Below are positions 38,528 through 52,631 of a DNA stretch of 64,000 nucleotides, one piece after another. Source of the stretch: Botryllus schlosseri (Eukaryota); NCBI GenBank assembly GCA_051294905.1, contig CM119372.1, forward strand, positions 31,374,001 through 31,438,000, in the 5' to 3' direction. The position numbers and the translations under genes are program-made. Numbering within the stretch: the stretch's first letter is position 1; every line of letters begins with the position of its first letter. A model generated the notes under the pieces. The model ran no database searches and was not told the DNA's origin. It saw only the letters and a list, made by a program, of their open reading frames with translations.

Positions 38528-39746
38528 GCCCAAATCAACTGATGCAGATAACCACGTGTTTCAAAATAAACATCAAATGCAATTCCCCAGCAACGTAGAC
38601 ATATTTCAAACTGAACAAAAGTTATTTTGCGAAAATCCATTCAGCGGTTTAGAATTTATGGGGATTTGAAAAAGAGCACTTTTTGTGCTCAGTCAACCGT
38701 GAAAAGGTATGATTTTTGGAACATGAACTTTAGAATTTTAATGTAAATTAGTCTTTTTCTATGGCTTTGAATGGAGTACATTTTCAGAAAGTACATAGCC
38801 TAACACTCATTTTGAATATTTTTATTATGATAATAACCTATCCGCTTGGGGTTAAAAGGGGGGCTAAAGGTGAGGCAGAAGTAAAATCAGTCATGCGTGA
38901 TGAATTTTTCCAGGCTGAATTGTGAAAAAAGGTATACTTCAAATTTATTGAGTAAGGTGTCATATGAAAGCTAAGAATGAGCACTGTCCAATAAAAGCAA
39001 TGCCACTAGTGATTTCAAGGATCTAAGCTGCCTTATAGCAAGAAAACTATATTCAGGTATTTTCCATGTGTCCAAAGGTATTTTTGGTTATATATTTTAT
39101 ACACATTCTTGACATGTATGATTGATTAATGCTTCATTAAGCATATTGAATAGCTTGGGGCAGGGCTTACTAAAATATGAAATATAAAAAGCAGGAATAT
39201 AAAGTGAGTCGTGCATAGATTATTTAGCTACATACCATCATTTCTATAAATGAAATCTTCAAACAGTCTGGCGGTATAGCAGCTGTGCATGGTTGAAAAA
39301 TATAATTTTAATAACTACACTAGGCACATATGATTTGGTTTCATGGGAGTTATTCTTTGTAAGTGGCAAAGATTTATCTTGCAAACTTGAAAGCTCAATG
39401 TCACATCTGTGATTTAAAAACATGGGATTTGACGACTCTGACCCGTCATAAGGATGGAATGCTTATGTGAACTTTTCAATGAGAACTATATCCTTACATA
39501 TTTTAAACTTTTGCTGTGTTCTGACTAGAAATGTAGTACAGAAGTATGTCAGGGTTACATTTGCAGCAATACTTTTTATAGTATAAGCTTGATCAACAGA
39601 GACAAGCATCAACTACAAACCACTTTATATCATCACAAAGCTACAAAACTGCAACTGAAATCTTGTGATCTATTCAAATTAACAAAAAAAATCAACGTAC
39701 CTGCAAGTGATAAGCTAAGAATTCGTGTAACAACGGAAGTGCTGTA

Positions 39747-40228
39747 AAGGGTTGTAATGACTATAGTCACTGAACTTGACTCGAGTCATTTTTTTTAAAC
39801 GTTTAAAATGACCTGACTCAAGTCAATTTGTGTATTGACTCGACTTGTATTCGAGTCATTATTCATGACTCGAGACTAGGACGGCCAAGAAAGACAATTC
39901 ATTGTAACTTTGAAGAATCGTAAATTCACCACATTATTGATATTTCGTCTATCAGTCTTGATACTTGGAAAATAGGGCCAGAAAATGTTAGGACTGAGGA
40001 AAATTACAATATTATGAATCCGTGCCATTTTATATCACTTTAGCAGAGTTGGGAAAAATAGGTTAAACCGGATTGATAAGTCGGACTCGAGTCATCATCC
40101 CTCTACTCACTGACTTGAAACTCGGGCTACTTGACACGGTGGGAATTGAAAATGACTCGACTTGAGTCAAAACTATAAAAGTGAGAGTGACTGGTGATTC
40201 GGAAGCTTGTGACATGGTAACAACCCTG
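39747..40228. mobile_element. hAT MITE with GACTCGAGTC repeats, copy 2
   Basis: AAGGGTTGTAA ... TAACAACCCTG; TSD GTGCTGTA/GTGTTGTA; aligns with the 24825 copy. Confidence 0.8.
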
Positions 40229-40612
40229 GTGTTGTACAGGAAATGTAGCTGTTCCCGGAAGAATTTTATTGAGAATCTGTGAACAGATTTGAGTAAACTT
40301 GCTCGTTGGGCGTTTTCACAATTCTGTGAAATCAATTTCCCAATTTTGATGTTTTGCAAGTGTTGACTGGCCAAATGAGTGAATGATTGCTCTACCAGTA
40401 TGCTATGTAATTTACCTGTATGAGATTTGACCGATTGTTGAGGCGATAATATGGTTGAAAAATATAATTTTGATAACTACACTAGGCACATATGATTTGG
40501 TTCCATAGGAGTTATTCTTTGTAAGTGTATGAACAGTTCTCTGCTTGAGAAAATATTTTTGAGAATATCCCCAAATATTGTGATGACAACAATACTTCAA
40601 CTACTTATAGGT

Positions 40613-41158
40613 AAGTGGTTCTCAACCGGGGGTCCGCGAAGCATTTTCGGGGGGGGGGGGGTTAATCAGGTTGACATCAATCAGGTTTCGAAACATTTTG
40701 GATTTGAGGTTGTCAGGCAGCAAATTAGTGAAGAGTCGTTTAAAATTTAAACCTCGTCACGAAATCCATTTTTTCCTTTGGTGCCATATATGCTGCGATT
40801 ATATACCGAAAGGTATTGTCGGAAGCATTACACATAATTATATTACCTCCGCCAACTCCTATCTTTTTATCAAATCAAAGGCACGGATTTTCAAGACACG
40901 ACCACGTATTTCAAGAAATGCAGCTGCAGACTTTGCTTTGAAATGATAAAAGTCTACCCAATTTCTACATATAGTAAAATGTTGTTTTCAGGACAAGTCA
41001 TTTTGTTGGTGTTTATCACTAGCGTACAATTGTTATTTGCACAAGACGGATTACTGTTGCAGGATTATTGAGATAAATTTGTACTAAAACTTGAGATGGT
41101 CCCCGGGTCCGTGGCGGCCAAAAGGGGTCCGCGAAGACAAAAAGGTTGAGAACCACTG
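40613..41158. mobile_element. Charlie-like MITE
   Basis: AGTGGTTCTCAACC ... GGTTGAGAACCACTG; degenerate TSD. Confidence 0.7.
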
Positions 41159-44147
41159 TACTAGGTCATAAACAGTGTCTGGTAATCAGAGTGTAGCACA
41201 AAGGTTGTCCTTTTACTGATCATTTTACCATGACTGTCTATGTATATTAGTTACTCAGAGATGTCAGAGTGAAATGTAATGTGAAGTATAGAACTAGGCA
41301 CTCAGTCGGCTGTCTCTGTATTCGTATTTTTGACTGAATAATAGTATGATTAAATGTCTGATATCACTTGTACCATGCAATGAAATGGATAGTGCTAGCT
41401 AATACATATACTTAATCAAGTAATGGTCGTAACCTATCAAAAACCAAGCAGCTGTATAAATTATACCACCCAAAATACCTTTAGATACAGGGGAAATAGC
41501 ATGATCATAGTTTTCAGGCTATTGAACTGCTTATATCCTTGAAATCACTATTGGGATTCCTTTTACTGCATTGTATTTATTCTCAGCTTTCATATGATAC
41601 CTTACTCAATAAATTTGGAGTGTACCTTTTATCACAATTCGACCCAGAAAATTGTGTCACGCATGACTGATTTCTTGGGGGGTTCAACTGTCACTGCTCA
41701 TTTGACCCATAACCTTCTGGAATATCCAGCAAATTATTATTTACATTTAAAGTTCAGTTAACAGAGGTCACAAAAACATTGATTCACCCGCGAAAACTCA
41801 AGCCCATTATATGTAAACATAACTGCAAAATAAGTTGTTCAGAAAAGCCATTTTGACATGGTTCAACGAACGCAAAAAGTGGTATTTTTCTTATTGCGAT
41901 AAAATCTCGAAGGCTTGTCCGATTTTGATAAAATCAAGTTTTTTCTGATCAGACGATCAATGTCTCCCTTTATGTGCGATTTGAAGAAAATCCATGACCA
42001 TAGGGTTATCTTTTGAAAATAATTCTGTTGATTTGGGCTGGAATTACCCTTACGATAAAGACCAGATGCATCAAATTTGGACGCTTGAATCGCCAGCTCT
42101 AGGACTACAAAGTTTGCTGCTTTTAGCCGGCTCTGCAGTACGTTTGTCGGTGCATTCATCCGTGACTCACATCTTGCGCATCTATCCGTGGGTTGGCAAT
42201 CTACAATACGATTTCAGATCACGATGCTGCATCGTTACTTCGTCTGGCTAACTAACCAGACCACTGGATATTATATAACGTCTTATCTGACAAAGCACGG
42301 TTTTGTTTTCACCCCTCATCCTAATTCCTACGTCCCTCGATAAAAATATTATTATTTCTTTAATTATATACTATATACGCAAATCCAACCCGTGCATGAT
42401 TATAATACTTTTTTCAACGACATACTGCATACTGGAATAGTTCGAAAACGTTTTCCTTTTATTAATTACCGGGTATTTGCGTATCATGAATGAAACATGA
42501 ATACTTGAATTGTTGTTAATTACGACGCTACGGTTGTCAAGGAGCACGGTTGAATTTATGATTATTCAATTACATGTTCAACAGCAGCAATTGTAATTGT
42601 AATTGTAATGTAATTGAAGCATGCAAGGAGTAATTGTAATTGTAATTGTAATTTGATATTTTTAGCATGGAGTAATTGTAATTGTAATGTAATTGAAACA
42701 TGCATGAAAGTAATTGTAATTGTAATTGAACTGAAATAATGTAATTGATCCAACTCTGATAGGCATACAAAATTTTATCTGGGAGGCATGGGCATACAAT
42801 ATTTTTCCTATAGACGATATGTAATCTCATTCCATTGCAACTGTAGTATTTAGACCTCATTCACTGAATGTCGACTACAAAAATGCAGCATGCTCATTGC
42901 TCACATACCCGACCCGTAAGTATTCACGCCACTACATAGTGCGGCGATCAACGTTGAAATTCAGCCGGCAGCTTTACCGATTTCACGATATGTTGCCGAG
43001 TGACTTATGACATTTTTGCTCGTGCGAACAGTTGGTTTGGTGCACAGTTTTGGCACGCATATTTGAAGCCGCCAGACAAGAACGCTATCTTATAATGGTG
43101 GCTTGCAGTCGTGGTCGTGGGTATGGTTTTGGTTGCGTTCCGGGTTTAATCACAGTTAAATTAGATGCTCAAGCAAGCACTTGGCTATATACATGCTAGT
43201 TTATAGATGCTTCGTGTAAAAACATAGTTACGGTGTTGGTTACTTCATATAAATAGACAGTAATTTATACTGTCGCTCAGCTCATACGAGCCGTATAGGA
43301 ACAGTGCTGGACCGAAGGTGAGCTGCTTGTGTCGTTATGTATTCGCATCGTATTAGAGGGTGCTTACTTTGTTTGAAAACTTCTGTACAAACCTTAGTCT
43401 TTACGACATAACCATAACTCAGTCATTAATTTCAGCTAGATCTAGAAGATGTATACGTTTACGTTTAGTTCAGTTTATTACTAATAATTTTATTAGATCA
43501 ATAGCCTACAACTAAAGATTGCGATAAAATGAAACGATATAGGAAGGGGGCAAAACGACTTGGAGTAGTCTTCGAAGTCAAACACCCATCCAGCTGGGCC
43601 TAGGTGTTCTGAAGAAGAGCCATGCACATTGAATAAAAGTAATAGAAGATGACATGAAATGACAATCGGCAAAATTGACGTGACCTTGGCTGAAAGGCGA
43701 GCTCAATATATCAGACCGTCGTCCGGTAATCTCGAGTATTTAATCGGGAGAGGCTGCTTGAGTGCTAGTATTATACTTGTCGACTGACGTATTGATATCG
43801 AAATACTGTTCCTCGATATATCCCAATCTCTAAAACAAAACTAATTATAAACACCATAAATTTTGACGTGTTCATGTCGAACAGTGATTTGTGATGGTCG
43901 TGTTGTTGTGGATAAGAAAAGTAGACTCGACGCAAACGATGTATTTCCATGGAACGATATGATAGTTGGATGATGAAGACATGGGTGTGTTGTAGCCTAC
44001 TTAATGCGCTATTGATTCGGAGGTCAAGGAATCATTCAACTTTCGGGGCAATGACTGTAATGGTGTTTATCAATTATTTTGAGCATGGCGGCTATATCAG
44101 CTACGAAGCAACTATGCCAGCTGTATATAGCAACTGTATCGGCTTAT

Positions 44148-44300
44148 CCGTGAGATAGCGTGGTGGTTGCGATAAGCGCCCACAATTCTGACTGACCGGG
44201 TTCGATTCCTGTCGGAGGTTTATCTGGGCTCCTCTTCCCCCGCTGTTGCCGTTCTTACGGCGACAAAAAAGCCCAGTAAACGACCCGACGAAAGAAAGCA
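44148..44300 (+). mobile_element. tRNA-derived SINE-like element
   Basis: TAGCGTGGTGG (A box) and GGGTTCGATTCC (B box); structured body. Confidence 0.55.
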
Positions 44301-46953
44301 CTCACAAGGAATGGAAAGAACTAGTAGAAAGGACCGCGGCTTCAAAAAAGATCAACATCGAAAAGAACTGTGACATCGGGCACTCTAGGTCGAGGTGGAT
44401 GCTAGAGTAAAGGATCGCTACTGATGCGTGTCGTTCGACATCCTCCTATCTGTTCATGACATCGCATTGTGTCTTATCGCATTGTACATTGTGTGTGACT
44501 TGTTCTTAGAAGTGGAAGTATGAGTTGACTTTTGGCCAAGCCCGCACAAACAAAAACAGGTTGTGTCTAGTCTTTCGATGTCGAGTTTTGCTAAGATAGC
44601 TTAGTTAGTTCAACTGTGTGTTTATAAAAGTGTGATCGTTATTTTGCAAGTACTGAGCGATAACCTTGTTATCTGTATCAAGCAGACCACAAGTAATATA
44701 GATGATTGCAAAAGAGAAAGCGTGCCTCTAATCAGTATCTCGTCTCTTGCGTACAGCACGAACGGGTTCTGATTGTAGCATCGTATTGAGTAACTCGCCT
44801 CGCGACAATTGTTTTCTCATTATATCGGTGTTTAAGCTGTATTGCTACATTTCCCAATTAATGTTGACAAAGCCTTGTTGGAGAAACGAATATGCGCAGG
44901 AATGAATTCTGATTGTCTGGCATACACAAACACACTGTCCAATTTCGCGTTCCGATTAAACAGACTATCAGGAAACTAGGTCAAGAATTCTGTTGAACAA
45001 GCTTATGGGCGCAAATACACTTCAATTTAGACTTCAGAAAAGGAGAACTTCTATTTGGTTGAGAGAGTAGATCGGGTATGGTGCTTCTTAGCTCTAACGA
45101 GTTCGCGTAGATTACTAATTACTAGTTTCTGGGGCGTTGAGAATTTTGTATGAGGTGGCCGCCACCTCGTAAGTTGGCGCCTATGCACACAGTAACCTTC
45201 CACAGTAGACACAACAAGAAAAGGCAAACATGTCATCAGCGGCTGAAAATCGGGAGTGCATATTTAGTTATTTACACATAGTTATAACACAGAGAATACG
45301 GTAGGCTATATACTAAATAGGCCGCATCCGACCCGCCAGACGATTTCATCCAGCCCGCGAAGCAATTCTGAGTAAACTAAAAAATGCTTATATTATCCAG
45401 TATAATTCTAACAAATGCTTAGATTTTTAGCAAGAAATATTTCTATTAAATAACCCCTCAATGCAGCAAACGTCGAATATGTACATTGTTCGTAGGCCAC
45501 ATTATAACCACCCACAGCGGACATGTGGTTTCACTCTAGTTGCTATTAGGAACAAGTCGCTGACATTGATATCCAATTCCGAGGCAAAGGCAAATAATTG
45601 CACGCACTGCGTTAAGAGTGTTATGGACCAAAAACTAGTTATTCACACAAGCGAAAACGCAAACGCGAAATCATTATATGCAGGATACATAGAGAATATA
45701 ATAGTTACACAGAAGTATATATCTGTGGTCTCACTGCTGCATCACTTCTGTATCAAAAAGCCCCTGGCCTCCAGAGAAACCCGAATCGCGATTTAATGAA
45801 ATTTAACAGTCTACAGATGACCAATCACCATATTTCTTTTGCCAAGGTGTTGCTACAATTGAACCTCTATGTTCAGTAATTCAATTTATTATATTTGGTC
45901 CGGCCAGCAAGCGATCTGAAGGTCAGAATCCCGCCCGCGACGCAGGTTGAGAGTGATAGTCTTATGAAAATTTATTTTCATGGACCACAGGCTGTGTGTT
46001 TACATTACATTATGATTGCAAGTATAATTTACTATTATTGTCAATACAAATCTATAACAACTGAAAGAGCATTTACCCAAGGTAAATTTCAGATAAAAAT
46101 TCGTAAAACGAGGGCAAATATGGGATTTGTGAACACCAATACAAAGCTGTGTTTAGTGGAGAACGGAAGATTGACTGTGGTGATTATTGTTCGTCGTAAT
46201 CTCATGATTGTGTTGATTACGGACATGTTACCCTGCCTCTTGAATAACCAGAAATTCGAAAAAAATATAACGATACTGCTGCTACAGCAATGAAACAGCT
46301 TAGTAGCAAAATTAGAGTAATGGATAACATTCGGAAATGTCTTGAACTTCAAGTGAGAGGTCTAGCCAGCTCTGAGACTACTAACAACAAGATGGGATTG
46401 CAACAATGAAATCATTCTTAAGCCTTGTTCACATGGTTAGTTTTCACTCCCACAAACGATGCATATAAATATAGGACACCATCAGTAGTCGCTGATGCAA
46501 CACGGGTAGTATTATACACTGTATTTGTTGTTCTACTGCTTCCACTATGAAAGTTTTCAAACCTAAAATAACATTGATCGCAACGTTGTCACATCTTCTC
46601 AAATTACGAAGAGATTTTATGGATTTCAATGAACGGCAACACAATTTCCAGTAAATGAGTTTCAAACTCACACTTTTAGAATATTTCTCGGCTTTTTTGC
46701 CATAGCTACAGATATGTAGATTATCTCATATATCATTCGGATATTAGCAGAAATAGGTCGGTAGACATGGTTTCGGGCACTTTTTCAATTTCTTTCCCTT
46801 GAAACGGTATTCACAAACCAACTATTTCCTGGCCCACTTTCGTATGTTTACATGACTCTTGCTTCAGACGGGGGAATACTTCATCTAACATACTACGATA
46901 TCAGGTGTGGAGTGAGCTGTATATGAATTGCCCAACCATCAAAAGACGCATAC

Positions 46954-47074
46954 CGGAGGCCAACCCTGCTCGGATTTTTCACTCTCTTCTGACATGGTTT
47001 CTTCCGATTCGGTGTCTTCTGATTCTTCAGTCAGAGCCTTTTCAAACGTAACTTTCGCTTCTGCCTTCGTAGGA
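46954..47074 (-). CDS. Acidic exon (PTKAEAKVTFEKALTEESEDTESEETMSEESEKSEQGWPP); last exon before the giant gap
   Basis: ctttttcag| (phase 2, matching 47628) and CCG|gtatgc (phase 0); extra small exons in 47100-47560 possible but unresolved. Confidence 0.65.
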
Positions 47075-47627
47075 CTGAAAAAGAAGGCAATATACTTATC
47101 ATACAGATAGTACAGCCACATTCCTGTTGAGACATTATTGAGTTTAATAAACACGAAGCCGTTGCCTGTCCGAAAAAATAATAAGAAGCAGTCTTCATCG
47201 TCTTCTCCAGATAATGGGGTTGCCACAATGGATCGGTGCTCAGTAGTCTTCACAATGATTTGGTCACAACTTTACCTCTTTAGGTTCTTAAAAGGCAGCC
47301 AATGGAAAGAAAACCCAGAATCTTTGGTTTGCGAGACCGCGGGTGACCACAAGGTATGTGAAGAGAAAATTAAGTGACATCTCATATTTAATCAGGAATA
47401 ATTATTGGGTGGCTAGTAGGCCATCACAGTTTTTAAGGATCCAGATCCATTCCCATTTGGATTATGTTGACAGCTTTAAATTCTAATTCTAATTTACCTT
47501 CAAAGATTGTGAATAGCAGTCGCAAAGGTCACTTTGCTCAATCTTGAAACTTCAGGTTGAAATTTGTTGAACGGCAAACCCATTCTAGACTGTCCGTCTT
47601 TTGAAATTGGTAGAAAATAATGCTTAC

Positions 47628-47685
47628 CGTTCGGAATCTGATGATGCGGCTTGAGATGATTTGACAGACTTTTGCTGCTCGGTAT
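47628..47685 (-). CDS. Exon (TEQQKSVKSSQAASSDSE)
   Basis: tttcag| and CG|gtaagc; phase 1-2. Confidence 0.6.
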
Positions 47686-48196
47686 CTGAAATTTACCGAT
47701 TTCACAATCATTTTGTTTGAGACACATTCCGCGTTTGGCAGTAAACTACAGCAAAGATGAACCTAAATTACTAGGAATTAAGAGGATATGGATTGTAACT
47801 AAACTGGATGTAGATTCATAATATAACAAGGTTATTTCCAAGTATTTATAATATTCATGCATATTGTGACTGAGTTTGAATTATTAGCAGACATGCAGGC
47901 CTACTCTGATATGATGTGTGGATTCGGATTAATGGTTGAACATGAAACTGAAATTCTGGACAAGATTTAAATTTGAAAATATGAAAACAATTATTCTAAC
48001 TAATATTGGAGCTATAAAACCGAGTCGTCCGTCAATATTATATCACCTCGGTTGATATCAATATTTTGATATTTCAGGTAATGGGGCGAAATGAGATAAA
48101 ACAATTAGTGGATTGTTCATAGAGTACATAGCCCACGATGCGAATTAATAATACTTGTTATTATAAATAATATATGGAAGTGATTCAGCATCTTAC

Positions 48197-48362
48197 CCGA
48201 AGAGATCTTATCGTCTTTAACAGATTCTGGCCCACTATCCTCGGATGATGATTGAGGCGGCAATGCTCGTACGTCCACGATTCTTTTGTCGGGCATGTAA
48301 ATGGCGGCGTGCTTCTGATTGAGTAACTCATGAGGCACGTTGCCACGTGATAATATCGAGCT
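48197..48362 (-). CDS. Exon (SSILSRGNVPHELLNQKHAAIYMPDKRIVDVRALPPQSSSEDSGPESVKDDKISS)
   Basis: ttttcag| and G|gtaaga; phase 0-1. Confidence 0.7.
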
Positions 48363-49058
48363 CTGAAAATACAAATTTGTGTTATTTTCGAGTAGCAAAA
48401 CTTAAAATCTTGATTGGGCAGTGGTGGGTTATTTCATGAGACGGGTTTGCTATTGGAGTGACGTAAAAAGTATACAATACAAATGCAAGTCGCAGATTGA
48501 GTTCAGTCTGGCAGAGGTTATGCATAGGGTAAGCTGTCATATTCTCATATTTGGAATGAGTGAATAGATCGGAATGTATGGCGAAAAATCGGTAAAAATT
48601 TACAGCTATCACTTGCAATACCTCTGCAAGGAAATATCAAGCCGGTAAAGATATCTTAAAACGCCGAAAGGCAAAACCTTCATAATCTGAAATCACTGAC
48701 TACCAATGACTCCCAGTCGGTATGAATAATCTTGGCATCTCGATATCGAATCCTTGGCTAATTTAGAAAAAAATTAATTCAACGACATGCGACATGGCAT
48801 AGTTGAGTAATTGCTCAATTATCCAGCGGTGAGAAAAGTGGTCAAGAAATTCTAAGCGTCCATGCAGGAATAATTGTGAAATTAATGTAAGAACGAATTC
48901 TGAATTTTGATGAATGAATTGGAACAGTTATCAAAAGCATAATCAGACTCGATTCGATCACAATTGCATAAAACACAACATATTGAATGTGATAATACCC
49001 GGTGAATAGTACGGTTCGTTGATCGGTGAATGCCATACTTAGAAGGAGGCTACACTAC

Positions 49059-49156
49059 CTTTTTGGTTTCGCCTTTAGAAAAAGCGGCAGACGATTGACT
49101 TCCGGGGCCTTTCAACCCTTTCATGATGGAGTAGGTAAGCTGTGAACTGCTATCCG
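49059..49156 (-). CDS. Exon (DSSSQLTYSIMKGLKGPGSQSSAAFSKGETKK)
   Basis: tttcag| and AAG|gtagtg; phase 1-0. Confidence 0.7.
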
Positions 49157-49815
49157 CTGAAATTCGCCAAGACACACAATCAAACTGTTGAAAACTTTAT
49201 CGATTGCCCCATCTTTATCGATTTGCACTGTAAGGGATTTCCCGCAAAATCCAATATTCCAAAGAGCCTGGCGTTCATTGCAGAGTGATGGAAATCCTCA
49301 AACCAAAATATTTTTAGAAATCATCGCCATATTTATTTAAAAAGGCAAATATGAGAAGGAGCATTGTAGTTGAATGACATCCAGGCAAAACGGTGAGTGT
49401 CATATTAGTGAGTGAACAATAAAAATGTTACACTACTGATCCCCGATAATAAGAGTTTACAATAAGTTGGTCTACCGACGGAACAACTACAATGTATAAA
49501 ACAATAATGAAATGAGACGAAAACTAATGCAATGAGTAATTGGAAACCGATCAGATATCGCGATGAAGGGATATTGACCGACGTTGGCTGACATCGCTAT
49601 TTCAAATTTCACATCATGAAATGTTTCAATGCTTGTTATGCTAAAGTGTGAGATGCTTAAATGTCAGGCACTCTCCTAAAATTAGATGCCAAAGGAGAAC
49701 CGAACAGATTGAATCCCATGCAGCGTAAGTCGCAACAAAACAACCACACACTTATATTTGTCACCTATGCTTAGCATTAGCATTTTCTAACGCCAACGGG
49801 AGAGCAACAACATAC

Positions 49816-49859
49816 CTTGCTCATCTTCGGATTCTGAAAATTCATGAACTTTCGGCTTC
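49816..49859 (-). CDS. Micro-exon (KPKVHEFSESEDEQ)
   Basis: ttaccag| and G|gtatgt; phase 2-1 fits both neighbours. Confidence 0.6.
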
Positions 49860-49921
49860 CTGGTAAACGAAACCAATATGTTGGAAAGAGTTGAGACAAA
49901 CAATAAAGGAATCGTGCAAAC

Positions 49922-50046
49922 CTTTTACGATCTGATGTTGTATGCGATGATATTGTCATAGTGTGACTCGATTTTTTTGCGGTAGTCGAACTTTTCTTCG
50001 TCATACTCGAATTTTCGTCACTAACACTTGGGTCGTTCATTCGGTC
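49922..50046 (-). CDS. Exon (DRMNDPSVSDENSSMTKKSSTTAKKSSH...SDRK)
   Basis: ttcatag| and AG|gtttgc; followed by a 62-nt intron. Confidence 0.65.
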
Positions 50047-50699
50047 CTATGAAGATATTAGCATACTAAAATTGGTACTTTTGTGGCGATTATCAAAATT
50101 GAAGTCTGGTAGATGAATTGTAAACAGTAGTTGAAACAATTCGAAATGGATTGAATTTAAACACAAAGTTTGCTTCCGAGAGATGAACCATCCAAGGATT
50201 TTGAATACGAATATCCAATATCCTTATCCAGAGCCCTATGAATATAGTGAGATATCACTGCTGTTAATACGGCCATGAATATCCTACACCAGACAATTCA
50301 ATTTTTCCATCATGCTCAAATTTGTGTCTGTTACTTTCGCAAGCATAATGAAAGGTCACTTAAATATTTTATAAACTTCAAATTGTCTGGATTGAAATGC
50401 AAGTACGTTAATCAAATTTTCCAGACCAATTAGGCCATGATTTTCAAAATCTGCTTGTTGTATCAGATATAAATTCATACGCATATCTTCCTTGTGACCG
50501 GACTCAGACTAGAGCCGGAGATATACCAAGTTGCGATGATTGTCACAGTTTGTGCAATCTTTTTACAACTTAATTTGGTGTTAACCTTAAGACTAAAATA
50601 GTAAGGGGAAGAATAATCACACCGGGATCTGTGATTGGAAGGAATTTTAACACGAAGTGTAACGAGCTAAGAAAATAAGATTGATAAAAAACAGCTAAC

Positions 50700-50813
50700 C
50701 GTTTGCGATATCAAATGAGCGTTTTTTCCAGAGATTCCCACTTCCTGCATGCTTTCCGACGGAGCTGAATAGTCTTGACTCGCAGACAGGATCGAAATCT
50801 TATCCGATAATGT
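50700..50813 (-). CDS. Exon (TLSDKISILSASQDYSAPSESMQEVGISGKNAHLISQT)
   Basis: aaacag| and |gttagc; 114 nt, phase 0-0. Confidence 0.65.
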
Positions 50814-52216
50814 CTGTTTTACTGTAGATCACATTAAAAAACAGTGAGAAACTAACTATCTTGCATACATCACAATTGAGAAAATTCGTAATTGCTATCC
50901 TATCGAATTAGTTCAGGATGCGACTAGTTAAGAATAGAGGAGGACAGAAACAAAGTGATTCTACTTTTGAAAGTATCCCAGTAGGTTTTAGGGTTACCAT
51001 ATATCCTATTCTGAGAGGATTTGTCCTCTTTTTCCATCATTCGTCCCGTCATTTTCGTGAGCAAAATTGTCATCGCAACTGGGCAATGCAGACTCAATGC
51101 GGCAGTATCAAAAAGAAATTTGAAAGTATATTTTTATTGTTACTGGAGTCATACAGTGTTACCGCAAATTTCAACGGTGCACATTGCAGTTTTGCTGAAG
51201 TTAATGCCAGATGCCCTTCCTGCCCAGACTTTTGTGACCAGCGCTAGATTGGATTTCACATACCACTGGCTCGTTTTAAGTACGTGATTTGAACGGATTT
51301 GCGGATTGCGAGACTAGTGCCCCAGACATGGAGCTATAGTGAAAGTCTGCAGGTTTGTAAAATAAATCTCTGTCATAAATATATGGATCATATTTCAGAA
51401 GGTTGAAAGAAATATATTCCTCATACAGTTGATTGGGTGGACCAGGCGGTTTTGCAGAAAATCCTAGTTGATTATACTAGAAATAGTACCGATGTTGCTG
51501 GAAATCGGCATCGCTCCACCGTAGAAACTCGATTTCCCGGAATGTTGCCCGGGAATATTGACAGAAAACACCTGAAATCAAAACAAAACAGTTTACTAAA
51601 GACTGGCACAGCAACTACCAGTTATTCAACATGGGCTACCATCAGATTAACAAAGGGAGGAAGGAGGGTATGATAATATCAGATCACGCATAATCTGCAT
51701 ACAGACATCAAAATTTACAATGTAGGGTGCTTTGTATACAGACTCGCAGGCACATTTACGACGGGAAAATGCTTAGAAGATCAACATGATAGTAATTTAC
51801 AATTATCCCTAATGATAAATTGAGACACTTATGTGGACATAAATTAAGCTGATGTTGTGGAAGATTATCATATCTACATCCACTATAGCTGGGCAACTTT
51901 AATGGGATAATGCACCAGGTCAAATCCTATTTTGACTGGGGAGAATTCTAACTCGGTTAATTTCCACAACTATCTTGACTTGACTTGGCTATAACCAACA
52001 GAATTGCCACAGTTTCCAGACGAAATACTGGTATGTAAATTAAATCCAGTCTTAATCTCGACTTATGCTGCTCGTTTGCGTCCAATAAAATGCATGTAAA
52101 TTTGGATTTGGAGCAACAAAAGCCAGATGTAGATTTGGCCTTGGAAACTTTAACTCGTTTCCGTTCTATTCTACAAACGTGACCTAAAAATAAATTAGCA
52201 TTGAAATCCAACTGAC

Positions 52217-52483
52217 CAGACTGCTCTTCCGACTGGAAACGTGGGAAGGTTCCTTCTCAACGTAAAAAGGTTCCGGAGCCACTGTTCTTTCGTCCCTCAC
52301 TTTCTTGATCGGCTTCAGTTTGGTTGCGTGTTTCTTGGGCTCGTGGTACGTCGCGTACTGACCGTCTCCGGAAGATATGACAGTTGGAGTGTGATAGACT
52401 GCCAATGTTTTCTTCGATGATTTCAGTGATGACGCGGTGCTGGAGCTAGCGTGGCTTCTTTTGCTTCGGGCTTCGTAGATAAC
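52217..52483 (-). CDS. Exon (VIYEARSKRSHASSSTASSLKSSKK...SSRKSSL)
   Basis: accaag| and |gtcagt; 267 nt, phase 0-0. Confidence 0.7.
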
Positions 52484-52631
52484 CTTGGTATAGCAAAATA
52501 TATCATTTTGAGCAGATAACGTCAGTACATATTTTTGTTGAGTAAGCCGGTATTTTCTGCCAAAGTGTAACATTTTTCAACTAAAATGGAACTTTGTTTA
52601 TTTACAATCAAACTCTGGCTGGGTTTTATAT

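Larger units (their letters stand above)
36090..42205. mobile_element. Old long-armed foldback element inside the 7-kb hAT
   Basis: Diverged inverted arms: 36100-36245 vs 42200-42055 and 38883-39090 vs 41675-41468. Confidence 0.7.
35760..42758. mobile_element. 7-kb composite hAT element with (GTAATT)n subterminal arrays
   Basis: CAGAGTTGGATCAATT ... AATTGATCCAACTCTG; TSD ATAGGCAT at 35752-35759 and 42759-42766. Confidence 0.9.
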
